Source: Paramoeba atlantica (taxonomy: Eukaryota > Protista > Discosea). From it: 64,000 nt of DNA. Location of the stretch: positions 1 through 64,000 of the forward strand of contig CDRNVI010000010.1 of NCBI GenBank assembly GCA_977017575.1, written 5' to 3'. Both the position numbers and the translations under genes were made by a program. How positions within the stretch are numbered: the first letter of the stretch is position 1; each line of letters begins with the position of its first letter. Of this stretch, positions 55,601-64,000 are shown in pieces. Below the pieces are notes generated by a model. The model was not told where the DNA came from. It saw nothing but the letters and a program-made list of their open reading frames with translations, and did not search any database.

Positions 55601-56001
55601 CGTAAATCCGTGTTAAAAGGTTGTGAAGAACTCAGCAGCGTCGAAATATACGATTCTTTTTGTGCTCAAACAATGATTCTGTTACTTGAAGATTCATACC
55701 TAAAAATGTTTAATTAATTCTTGCACTTCTTTCTTTCGCTATGCAAACGTGCCTAGCTTTGCCCCAAATAGAGTGAACAAAGTGAGAATAGCGTTCGACG
55801 TTTTAGTAGATTTAATACCTCATTGATTATCTAGAATATACAGACTGTACTAGAGCGAATGAAACGTATTGTGCGTATTGTACACCAGAACGCATACGAT
55901 AAACTTTGTAGAATAAGTCTACAATATACAGGTAGAAAAATTTTAATCCAAGAAAAAGTAACTGCCAACCATCACACTGACTTTGGGAATCTAGAGCAAT
56001 C

Positions 56002-59000
56002 TTAACTAGAAATTTTCCTGCGTTTGATTGCTTCTTGCGATTCACTAGAGTCTGTGCTTTTCCCAGCCAGCATCACCCTGTTCTCAAGCTGTGCGCGCAC
56101 ATGAGATGGGTTCAGTGCAATACTAGTGGTGCAGTCACGCACCTTGCAGACTCCAAGAAGCTGATGTGCAAGTTCAAACATTGCGTTTCGCAAAGACACA
56201 ATAATAAACTGCGCACAAATGGCCTGATTGAGAACGTACCGAGCCACAATTGCAACGTTACGAAAATCTAAAGCGGCGTCAATTTCGTCCATGATGTACA
56301 GCGGAGTAGGTTTGAAATGGTGGAGTGCAAATACAAAGCTTAAGGATGCCAATGTTTTTTCTCCGCCTGATAGTTGTCCTATTTGTTTCCAAGATTTTCT
56401 AGCAGGCCGCACTGTAAAGTTTATACCATCAAAAGGATCGTGCATATCGACAAGTTCCAAGTCAGCGTCCCCGCCCTGGGTTAACATTTGATACAGAGAT
56501 CTCAGACGACTTCGTATGTCCTCGAAGGCAACGAAAAATTCCTTTTTCCTCCGATCTTGAAGCTCACAGACGCTCTTCTCTGCTTCGACAGTCTTGTTAT
56601 GTATTTCTTCGTATTCTGCCTTGGATGAGCGCCACTGGGTGTCTTTTTCCTTCCATCTTGCAACACTTTGCAAGTCAATGGTGTCTCTCACGCGATCTAT
56701 CTCCATCTTCAGTTGCTCGGCCAAATATTTTTGATGTTTAAAGTCTTGCCGTGCCAATTCCTCAGAGGACAAACATGTGCTAAACCGTTTCGTATCTGCA
56801 TTCGCTAGTTCTTCTACCTTTTCGGAATGGGCTTTACTTCCCTCCGATGTTTCATCAAGCACAACAACTTCATCGCCAAACTCACTGTAGTTCTCAAATA
56901 TTTTTTCCTCACATGTTTTAATAGCTTGCTCGTATTTTTCTAATCCTTTTCGACGCTCTTCAATAGCGTCTTGTAGAGATTTAATCTTTTCTTGTACATC
57001 TTGCTCTTCGTTTTCTAAACGTTTCACCTCTGTAATCGCATTTCGCAGTGTATCGTCGCCACGTCGCTTGACCTCAAAAGAGTCCTCTATTTCGTGTTCT
57101 TTGTCGTTCAAGTTGGATTTAATCTTGTTTAACGTTTTTTGCAGAGCATTGAGCTTCTCAGTCTCAGAGCGTGTAGTAACACCTCTTTGATTTTCTAGTG
57201 ACGCTTCAAGATCGTGCTTTTCCCGAAGCTTAGTATTTTTCATACTAGTCAGCTTTGCCTCATTTTTCTTTGCCTCCATGAGTTTTGTCTCTTGTTCTGT
57301 AACAGTTTTTTTATCCTGCTGGATTTGCTCTTGAATGCGCCTGTATTCAGGGCCACCGATATCTTCCAATGCTTTATCAAGAATTTCAAGTTCCCTTTTA
57401 TATTTTTCACAATCTTGATCTATTTTAAGCCTACGACTAACTAGCGATTCTTTTTCTCCGATTAGTCTTTTGTGCTCAGTAGATTCTACAGCTCTCTTTG
57501 ATTTCTCATAGTTTGCCAGCGCGCTACTGCAAAGCTTTTCGGCTCGGGAGAGATTAAGTGTTTCAGTGCGATGACGCATAGTGGTCTCTTGTAATTGTCT
57601 CCGCAATTCCTCATAAGAGCGAGCACTCCGCTCTTCACTTCCACGAAGATTGGTTAACATTTCCCTTAGCTTCAAGACTTCTGAGTGAGCGTTCTGTAGT
57701 TGAGTTTGAAGATTTTGCAACTCTTGTCGTACATTCTGATTCTTTCTGGTTGGCACGGAGCTTGCGTTCAATCCTGCCCCTTGAGGTCTCGCTTGACCCC
57801 CGCCTGTAACTTGTCCTACAGGATCCACTACTTCACCTGCAAGTGTCACAACTCGGCTACGCGTCTTACCTCCCAAACCAATGGAGCGGGCCACATGCAA
57901 AGTTGTGGTCACTAATGTGTCACGCACTGCAAAATAAAAAGCTGGAAGAAAACGAACATCGACGGGTTTGATTAGATCAAACAGGCGCGTTGATTGTGAG
58001 GGAGGCGCAAAAGGTTGCGCTAATCTCGTGCTGTGCTCTTTCTTTTGATGTGCAAGTACTATGAAGCTGGCGCGACCAATGTCGTTTTTGCGAAGATGTT
58101 GTATGGCCTGTTGAGCAACATTTTCATCCTCAACTACATGATACGTCCAGTAGGCGCCAGCCGCAACACCAGCCGCAATGTCGTATCGATCGTCGATGGA
58201 ACCCAATCTACGAAGTGGACCATAGTAACCATCAATTCCCTGCTCTTCAAGAAATTTCGTAATTTTGTCGTCTCCTTGAGAGGCTATAAAGTCTTGCTTA
58301 ATAGCATCAATTTGAGCAACTAGATCTGCTTTTCGCTGCTGTGCGACATCCAAATCTTTCTCTAGCTTCGCCGCCGAGTGCATTGATCTAAGACGCTTCT
58401 GTTCCTCAATTTGCTTTTCAATAGTACATATAGATTGATGAGCAGTTTCTATTTGTTGTCGCATTTCCTCCATCTTCGAATTTTCAGATTTGCATTCGCG
58501 ATGTTTAATTTCAACATTTTCTTGACTCACTCGTAGAGTATCCTCAATGGTATTCAGGGAATTCGTAATTTTGTTGTGCTCCGCGGTCCAGGGGGCAAGC
58601 TGTTTCATTTGTTCTTCCTTTTTCCGACGAATGGGCCTCATTTTCTCCTGCAGGCTGCTTGTCATTTGATCAAATTGGGGGTCCAAACGATCTCGACGTT
58701 CTGAAGCTTCTTCCATGTTTCTCAGAGCAATCTTTTTGTCCCTTTCAATGTCATCTAACTGAAGAGATATGCGTGACATTTCATCATTCAATTTCTTAAT
58801 CTTATCATACTGTCGCTTCTCCTCCTTCTCAGAGTGCTCCAGTTGCATTTTAATGTCTTGAGCTTCCCGCTCATTCGAATCTTTTTGGGCTTGCAAATCT
58901 TGTTGTTCCTTTTGATATTGTCGAATCTGTTTGTTAAGTTTGTTTAAGTTTTCAGTTTCGGCGTCAACCGTATCTTCGAGATTCTTTACCTTACGTTGAA

Positions 59001-59796
59001 CTTCAGAAAGACGATTACCAAGAGCTTTTTCTTCGGCACGTTGAGGAGCAAGCTCTTCTTCTCCGGCAAGAATTTTCAATTGACACATTGTAGAAACGAT
59101 TTTTTGCATCTGGTTGTCTTTGCGAACGTAGGAAACAGCGGCGTTTTTACAGTTTTCCAGGATCTCTTTTTCTTTCCCCAACTTATGAGACTTTTCCAAG
59201 GAGGTAATTCGGTCCTCTTGAAGAACTTCGGCGACCCCGGAGGCCTCACGAATTCCAGGAATGTATTTGTTTGTTCCAATTAAGTCCTCCAAATATTCAA
59301 GAAATCCCTCTTCCCCTTCTTTCTCACATTTTGGGCGCATCAGGGCTATTTGCTCCACCTCACCTTGCAAAATAAGAAAACGGTTGTGGTCCAAATCAAT
59401 ACCTTTCTCCTTTAAGAAAGTGACAACACTTGCCTGGGACTGTCTCTTTCCATTAATAAAGTATTGAGAACTTCCTGTGTGTTTCGCAACCTCGCGAGTA
59501 AGACGTATCACTTCGTCAGAATAGCGAAATAGAACAGTGACTGATGCACTTGTACAATCCGGGTGGGCTGCAGACGAATGAATAAGTTCTCCAAGCTTTT
59601 CCAGTCTAATTTTATTTGCTCGTTTACCAAAAACAAAGAGAAGAGCGTCCAGTATATTTGATTTTCCACTACCGTTTGGACCAATAACTGCAGTAAATGT
59701 TTGGTGAAAAGGACCAATGCGATGTTTTCCAGCATACGATTTAAAATTTTCGACTTCAATGTACTCAATGGAAAGCGCAGGCGTGTTTTCCGACAT
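56002..59796 (-). CDS. SMC4: Condensin subunit SMC4
   Basis: ENFKSYAG..IGPFH...GPNGSGKSN, IDLDHNRFLILQGEVEQI, hinge G.YGPL, LSGGEKTL, DEIDAALD. Confidence 0.96.
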   Translation of the reverse strand: MSENTPALSIEYIEVENFKSYAGKHRIGPFHQTFTAVIGPNGSGKSNILDALLFVFGKRANKIRLEKLGELIHSSAAHPDCTSASVTVLFRYSDEVIRLTREVAKHTGSSQYFINGKRQSQASVVTFLKEKGIDLDHNRFLILQGEVEQIALMRPKCEKEGEEGFLEYLEDLIGTNKYIPGIREASGVAEVLQEDRITSLEKSHKLGKEKEILENCKNAAVSYVRKDNQMQKIVSTMCQLKILAGEEELAPQRAEEKALGNRLSEVQRKVKNLEDTVDAETENLNKLNKQIRQYQKEQQDLQAQKDSNEREAQDIKMQLEHSEKEEKRQYDKIKKLNDEMSRISLQLDDIERDKKIALRNMEEASERRDRLDPQFDQMTSSLQEKMRPIRRKKEEQMKQLAPWTAEHNKITNSLNTIEDTLRVSQENVEIKHRECKSENSKMEEMRQQIETAHQSICTIEKQIEEQKRLRSMHSAAKLEKDLDVAQQRKADLVAQIDAIKQDFIASQGDDKITKFLEEQGIDGYYGPLRRLGSIDDRYDIAAGVAAGAYWTYHVVEDENVAQQAIQHLRKNDIGRASFIVLAHQKKEHSTRLAQPFAPPSQSTRLFDLIKPVDVRFLPAFYFAVRDTLVTTTLHVARSIGLGGKTRSRVVTLAGEVVDPVGQVTGGGQARPQGAGLNASSVPTRKNQNVRQELQNLQTQLQNAHSEVLKLREMLTNLRGSEERSARSYEELRRQLQETTMRHRTETLNLSRAEKLCSSALANYEKSKRAVESTEHKRLIGEKESLVSRRLKIDQDCEKYKRELEILDKALEDIGGPEYRRIQEQIQQDKKTVTEQETKLMEAKKNEAKLTSMKNTKLREKHDLEASLENQRGVTTRSETEKLNALQKTLNKIKSNLNDKEHEIEDSFEVKRRGDDTLRNAITEVKRLENEEQDVQEKIKSLQDAIEERRKGLEKYEQAIKTCEEKIFENYSEFGDEVVVLDETSEGSKAHSEKVEELANADTKRFSTCLSSEELARQDFKHQKYLAEQLKMEIDRVRDTIDLQSVARWKEKDTQWRSSKAEYEEIHNKTVEAEKSVCELQDRRKKEFFVAFEDIRSRLRSLYQMLTQGGDADLELVDMHDPFDGINFTVRPARKSWKQIGQLSGGEKTLASLSFVFALHHFKPTPLYIMDEIDAALDFRNVAIVARYVLNQAICAQFIIVSLRNAMFELAHQLLGVCKVRDCTTSIALNPSHVRAQLENRVMLAGKSTDSSESQEAIKRRKISS

Positions 59797-60225
59797 TGTA
59801 AAAATAAATGATTAAAACAGAAATACGTTTTCGAAAAGGATATCAGCGTATTAGATACTGCAGTCAAGCACAGTAAAAACATAGTAGGCTACCAAACTGC
59901 ATGTAACTTTGATAAACTGTATCTAAATGGGCACCTAGCGGTTCACACTTCTCATTTCTACTACCATTTTTTTTTTCAAAACTTAACGTGCAACAGAAAC
60001 CAATAAAAAATTAGCTTATTTGTTTGATGCACCCGTAAAATATAATAGCCAGGCCATACCACAGTGAAATAGGGTAACTAGATAGTTCACATAAAAAAAC
60101 TGATTCTGAAAACCTTTACAGCTTTCGACTGTTGACAATGAACGGCAAGCGTTATCTACCAGCGTCAAGATGTTGTACACAAACAAAGTTCGCCTGATAT
60201 CAAATTTTCAAAAATGGCTGTGCGA

Positions 60226-60873
60226 TTAGCAACAAAAGCATTTCCTGCGTTTTACCTTTTTCGGAACCTGAGGAATCGAACTTTCCCGTGTGGAGTTTAA
60301 GTCAGCCGGTTTTTCACTTTGCACACTCTTCGAGTCTTCTACGACAGGCGATGCAGTACTGGAATCCGGAGCGTCTAAATCAGGGGCTGTATCCCGAGGT
60401 GCTGTAGATTGGGCCTTTATGTTACACAGCTTTCGAATCAATTCTTGATAGTCGACGCAAGATTCATCCTTACAGTCCTCTAAAAAGTCATTTATTTCTG
60501 TATCACTTAATGACTCACCCTTATTTTGCAATATGAAACGAAGCTCTTGTACGGTAATCTTTCCCGTCTTGGACGGATCAAATTTAAAAAAGCATTGTTC
60601 GAGCAATTGAGCATTAACCCTTGTGCCATCTAGCAAATGCGAAATACACTCAAACGCTTCCCACCGAAACTTACTGGAATTATCATTATTTAGAAAACCA
60701 CAAGTCTTCGCCACGTCAGAATAAGAAGGATTTAAACCCAAGGAGTAGAGAGCTGATAGTACGAAATTCATCGGCATGTACTGCTGTCCATCAGGCTCTA
60801 CAAATGAAAAGCGTTGGAATACTTCTCGAAGAGAATTTTCATCCAGCGGCATGCAGTAGTAACGGAAGATCAA
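60226..60873 (-). CDS. EF-hand (calmodulin/myosin light chain-like) protein with a C-terminal Cys cluster
   Basis: LREVFQRF, FFKFDPSKTGKITVQELRFILQNKGESLSDTEINDFL. Ends in KRRKCFCC. Confidence 0.8.
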   Translation of the reverse strand: MIFRYYCMPLDENSLREVFQRFSFVEPDGQQYMPMNFVLSALYSLGLNPSYSDVAKTCGFLNNDNSSKFRWEAFECISHLLDGTRVNAQLLEQCFFKFDPSKTGKITVQELRFILQNKGESLSDTEINDFLEDCKDESCVDYQELIRKLCNIKAQSTAPRDTAPDLDAPDSSTASPVVEDSKSVQSEKPADLNSTRESSIPQVPKKVKRRKCFCC

Positions 60874-61191
60874 AAAATGTCAGTCAATAAACATCAATTT
60901 GCTATGTAATTGCTGACCCCTTTACCATGCAGGTCGGTGAAAAATAAAATTATGGTTTTGAATATTCTTCTCGTACGTGCTAATCGGCAAATAATATTGA
61001 AGTAAACAAAAACTGCGCAAGAAATACGGAATATACAGATACTAATACATACATGTATTAGTATGTAATACAGTGTAAAGAACACAGTGAAACCTAGCTA
61101 GAACCTAGGGATGCGTAAAAAAGTTGATACAACCACCAGTTATGAGGTTTAAAGCATGAAATGCGCCAGACTTTGCATGTGTCAAATCTAT

Positions 61192-61923
61192 TCAGTTACA
61201 TAAGAGGCGTAGAGAAGTTGCAAAAGCATACAATTTTCCATCAATACACATGTTCTGAGTTGCAGCACATGACTCAATAAAGTGAAGAAGATCACACAGC
61301 TTCACAACATGAACCAAAATGTGCTCACCGTCTTCACATTCCTGCTGCGGATGTTGATTTTCCTTCGAATTTGGATCCACAAAAAGGGTAACAAAACGAA
61401 ATGTCGTGTTCGACATGCCTGACTCGTATGAGCATACAGGAGAGGTGCTGTCCTGGTGCTTTCCTGGAAAGGGCTTTCCGACGTATCCCGTTTCCTCTCG
61501 AAGTTCACGTATGGCGGCGTTCACAGCACTATCTGAATCTACCAACCCCGCAGGAAATTCAAGACATACCTTTTGTAATGGAGGTCTATATTGCGAAACG
61601 AGCACAACGCGGGCACCAGAAGAAATAGAATTACTCAAAGAAGGCGTCACTACATTCACTTCAGGTATAATTGCAATGATATCCACAGCATCAATATCAT
61701 TGGATCGAGAATGAGTGAAATCGTCAGCTACACTACTTGAAAACGTTTTCGCAGGTTCCTTGGGTGGATGGTTCCGTTCAACGGTTTCCCACTGACGAAT
61801 GCTGCCAGATATTGGATCATAATATTCGATAATACAAAGTCGTAGCCAACGCAGGGAACACTTTATAACGCGTGAAACCTCATAGAAACCAGAAAGGGAA
61901 ATTTTTGAACACTGAATCTGCAT
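61192..61923 (-). CDS. NUDIX hydrolase, ADP-ribose pyrophosphatase (NUDT5-like)
   Basis: SQYRPPL...LEFPAGLVD...AAIRELREETGY (Nudix box), Q..EDGE.I, IDGKLY. Confidence 0.88.
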   Translation of the reverse strand: MQIQCSKISLSGFYEVSRVIKCSLRWLRLCIIEYYDPISGSIRQWETVERNHPPKEPAKTFSSSVADDFTHSRSNDIDAVDIIAIIPEVNVVTPSLSNSISSGARVVLVSQYRPPLQKVCLEFPAGLVDSDSAVNAAIRELREETGYVGKPFPGKHQDSTSPVCSYESGMSNTTFRFVTLFVDPNSKENQHPQQECEDGEHILVHVVKLCDLLHFIESCAATQNMCIDGKLYAFATSLRLLCN

Positions 61924-62071
61924 TTCACCGAATCAAACATTTTGGCAATATCTCGATAGTGCATAAATATTTTTAAAAGCATAAACTTCTAGTATAATCT
62001 CCATGTATTCAAAAGACAAAAATAAAAAGAAATCTTAAATTTAAGACTACAATTGAATGGTTTTTAGGGAT

Positions 62072-63643
62072 TTAACCTTTATCTGTGCAAGAATTAGTGC
62101 TATCCAGTCCTCTTACTTGTAGCATATCATCATAATATGATGACAAAACAGCCATGTTCTTTATTTGGCCTTTATCAACGCATTGGAACGGCAACCATTC
62201 CGCACAGTAGACAAGCTTTTCCTTCCCAGAAACAACGCAATCGTTTTGCTGCGTATCCTTAATAGACAAGCCTGAATCAGGACTATACTTCACTATAACA
62301 GACCCCGCATGCATTGCTGCGACCAAATATTCGCTGCCTGTACTTTGGTCATTGTTCTCCACATCATGCAAAGGTGCGGGGTCCAAATTCGCACCATATT
62401 TTTGATGAGACCGTTTCTTAGACATACGCCAAGCTCCACCCCCAACAAAGACGGAGCTTACACTCCGACCCAAATTTCGCGTGTCATAGAGTCGAACATG
62501 ACCATCGTAGCACCCGGTAAGAAACATGTACTCAGTTGAGCTCAAGATAGAGTCACGATCAATACCCTGATTTTCAGAAAATCCTGTTGTATGACGTTCA
62601 TATCCGGGCAAAGGATAAATGCAAGTAACCCCCGCAGGATGTTTCACTTGTTGACATGACGAAGATACGCGTAAGGAACCTGCATTTCTAGAGTCCCAGT
62701 ACTTTACCAATTCCTCTGTAGGCAGCATTCGAGTATCCCAAATTTTCCACATCCCGTCATCACCTCCTGTACTAAAACAACATGATCGTTCACTGTCCTG
62801 TGTCGTATGAAAACAACAAGCCCATGCCTCAGCATCATGAGCCTGAAACAATTTCGTTGAGTGCGCAGGGTGACTCTCCGACCCCAAGCCCACATACTCC
62901 ACATCGAGTAAAGCACATCCACCCGAACTCAACGTGGACACTATCGACGAAACATAAGGACCAGAGTGTTTATCGCAAACCGCAGGAGAGTAATCTGTGC
63001 TTCCCGGATAACTTCTCACGATGTAGTCACTGCATGTGCAAATGGAATCTGCTTCCACATTTTTATTGACCATTTGCTTTTCATCCATCTCAGGCAAGAG
63101 ATGAGCACAAAAAACTTCCGAAATGTCAAGTTCATAGTCCTTTGGTTCGCATCGTGATGATTTTAACGTTTTAAAATCACAGGGCTTGCTGAATGAAACA
63201 GCTTGTTCGATTTTAAAAATGCGGACGGTTCCATCGGAGCATGAGAAAAGAATAAAATCCTGTAAACAAAAATCTTGAGAGCAAATTACCTTCATATCAA
63301 ACAGGGCTGGTGTTCCAATATGAGAAATTGAGCTCAATTCAACGGTTGATTCTGTACCGACGTCATGCAATCGGCATAAAACAGCTTCTACACCCCCTTT
63401 TCTAGATGAGCTCTGTGTATCAAATTCATACATCCCAGCCAGAATTATACAGTCTTCGGATTGGCCCGTGCTTTCGTCGATCGCATATTGTTGACACATG
63501 TTCATTCGTCGTGTCTTAGAATCTGAGTATTTCTCAGAACCAATAGAACTGCAGTCGGAAGGATGTGACAAATGCTTCCTCTTATCTTGTAGCACAGTAA
63601 GACAGCTAACATGAGCAGGAAGTGCAAGCGTACCTGTTGACAT
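62072..63643 (-). CDS. DPH7: Diphthine methyl ester esterase DPH7 (WDR85)
   Basis: AHDAEAW, TGGDDG..KIWDTR, TGCYDGHVRLYDTRN, VGGGAWR, AAMHAG, LVY, SSYYD. Confidence 0.82.
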   Translation of the reverse strand: MSTGTLALPAHVSCLTVLQDKRKHLSHPSDCSSIGSEKYSDSKTRRMNMCQQYAIDESTGQSEDCIILAGMYEFDTQSSSRKGGVEAVLCRLHDVGTESTVELSSISHIGTPALFDMKVICSQDFCLQDFILFSCSDGTVRIFKIEQAVSFSKPCDFKTLKSSRCEPKDYELDISEVFCAHLLPEMDEKQMVNKNVEADSICTCSDYIVRSYPGSTDYSPAVCDKHSGPYVSSIVSTLSSGGCALLDVEYVGLGSESHPAHSTKLFQAHDAEAWACCFHTTQDSERSCCFSTGGDDGMWKIWDTRMLPTEELVKYWDSRNAGSLRVSSSCQQVKHPAGVTCIYPLPGYERHTTGFSENQGIDRDSILSSTEYMFLTGCYDGHVRLYDTRNLGRSVSSVFVGGGAWRMSKKRSHQKYGANLDPAPLHDVENNDQSTGSEYLVAAMHAGSVIVKYSPDSGLSIKDTQQNDCVVSGKEKLVYCAEWLPFQCVDKGQIKNMAVLSSYYDDMLQVRGLDSTNSCTDKG

Positions 63644-63937
63644 ACCGTGAAAGGTTTGCGTATTATCAAGCTATACGTTCTGATGATGGATGTTCAACGA
63701 TTCATGATCCCCATGCGAATAAGCGTAATGCACAATAGATCTAGACGTACCACATGGCTAGCATGTACGTTTAAGTAGACCAATATGTGATATTCAAGAA
63801 AAAAAATCGTTTGTTTCGTTAGTTTTCGTAGTTTTAAAAAAAATATCTTGCATTTGAGTAAATCCAAAGAAATATAACCAAGACTGTAAGGAGTCATCGG
63901 CAATTGCTTATCCTTACCGTGCGGAATCCAACCTCCA

Positions 63938-64000
63938 TCAAATAATGCTTTTCCGCAACGCTACTTCTACTTGAGGAAGAACACCGGCCTGTACGTAATT
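63938..64000 (-). CDS. Possible 3' end of the next minus-strand gene (partial)
   Basis: Open frame from the edge, NYVQAGVLPQVEVALRKSII*. Too short to identify. Confidence 0.25.
   Translation of the reverse strand, partial: NYVQAGVLPQVEVALRKSII

Noticed and set aside
36018-63903. Numerous short ORFs overlapping or antisense to the long minus-strand genes (including 44120..44398 and 63694..63903)
   Set aside because: Shadow frames or AT-rich intergenic ORFs with no recognisable motifs.

Overview
Eukaryotic DNA, most likely from a kinetoplastid-type protist (inferred from intronless, same-strand, closely spaced genes; no search was run). It has three zones. (1) 1-29409: a head-to-tail array of at least 7.4 near-identical ~3.95-kb units. 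On the + strand each unit has a tRNA-like head with Pol III A/B boxes, followed by a highly structured GC-rich RNA-like segment (A) and a diverged second copy of it (B) with pairing-preserving changes. On the - strand each unit has an unknown 252-aa ORF and an ORF with only the C-terminal half of an RNase H, downstream of a (CTT)n tract. No RT, transposase or integrase is visible. (2) 29410-35900: a repeat-rich transition. An 18-bp GATC satellite (~93 copies) cuts off the array, followed by a degenerate LINE-type APE endonuclease, a 96-bp palindrome-rich repeat, palindrome clusters and a solo MITE end. (3) 35950-64000: a minus-strand cluster of housekeeping genes: CIA1, Ycf45-like ATPase, ENTH protein, RNF10-like RING, BFR1-like coiled coil, pseudokinase, uL11m, LRR, DAG lipase, SMC4, EF-hand, NUDIX and DPH7. 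Two adjacent TA-flanked MITEs interrupt it. The best candidate for an undescribed system is the tandem unit (structured ncRNA pair + RNase H-like ORF + orphan ORF). Its function cannot be established from sequence alone.
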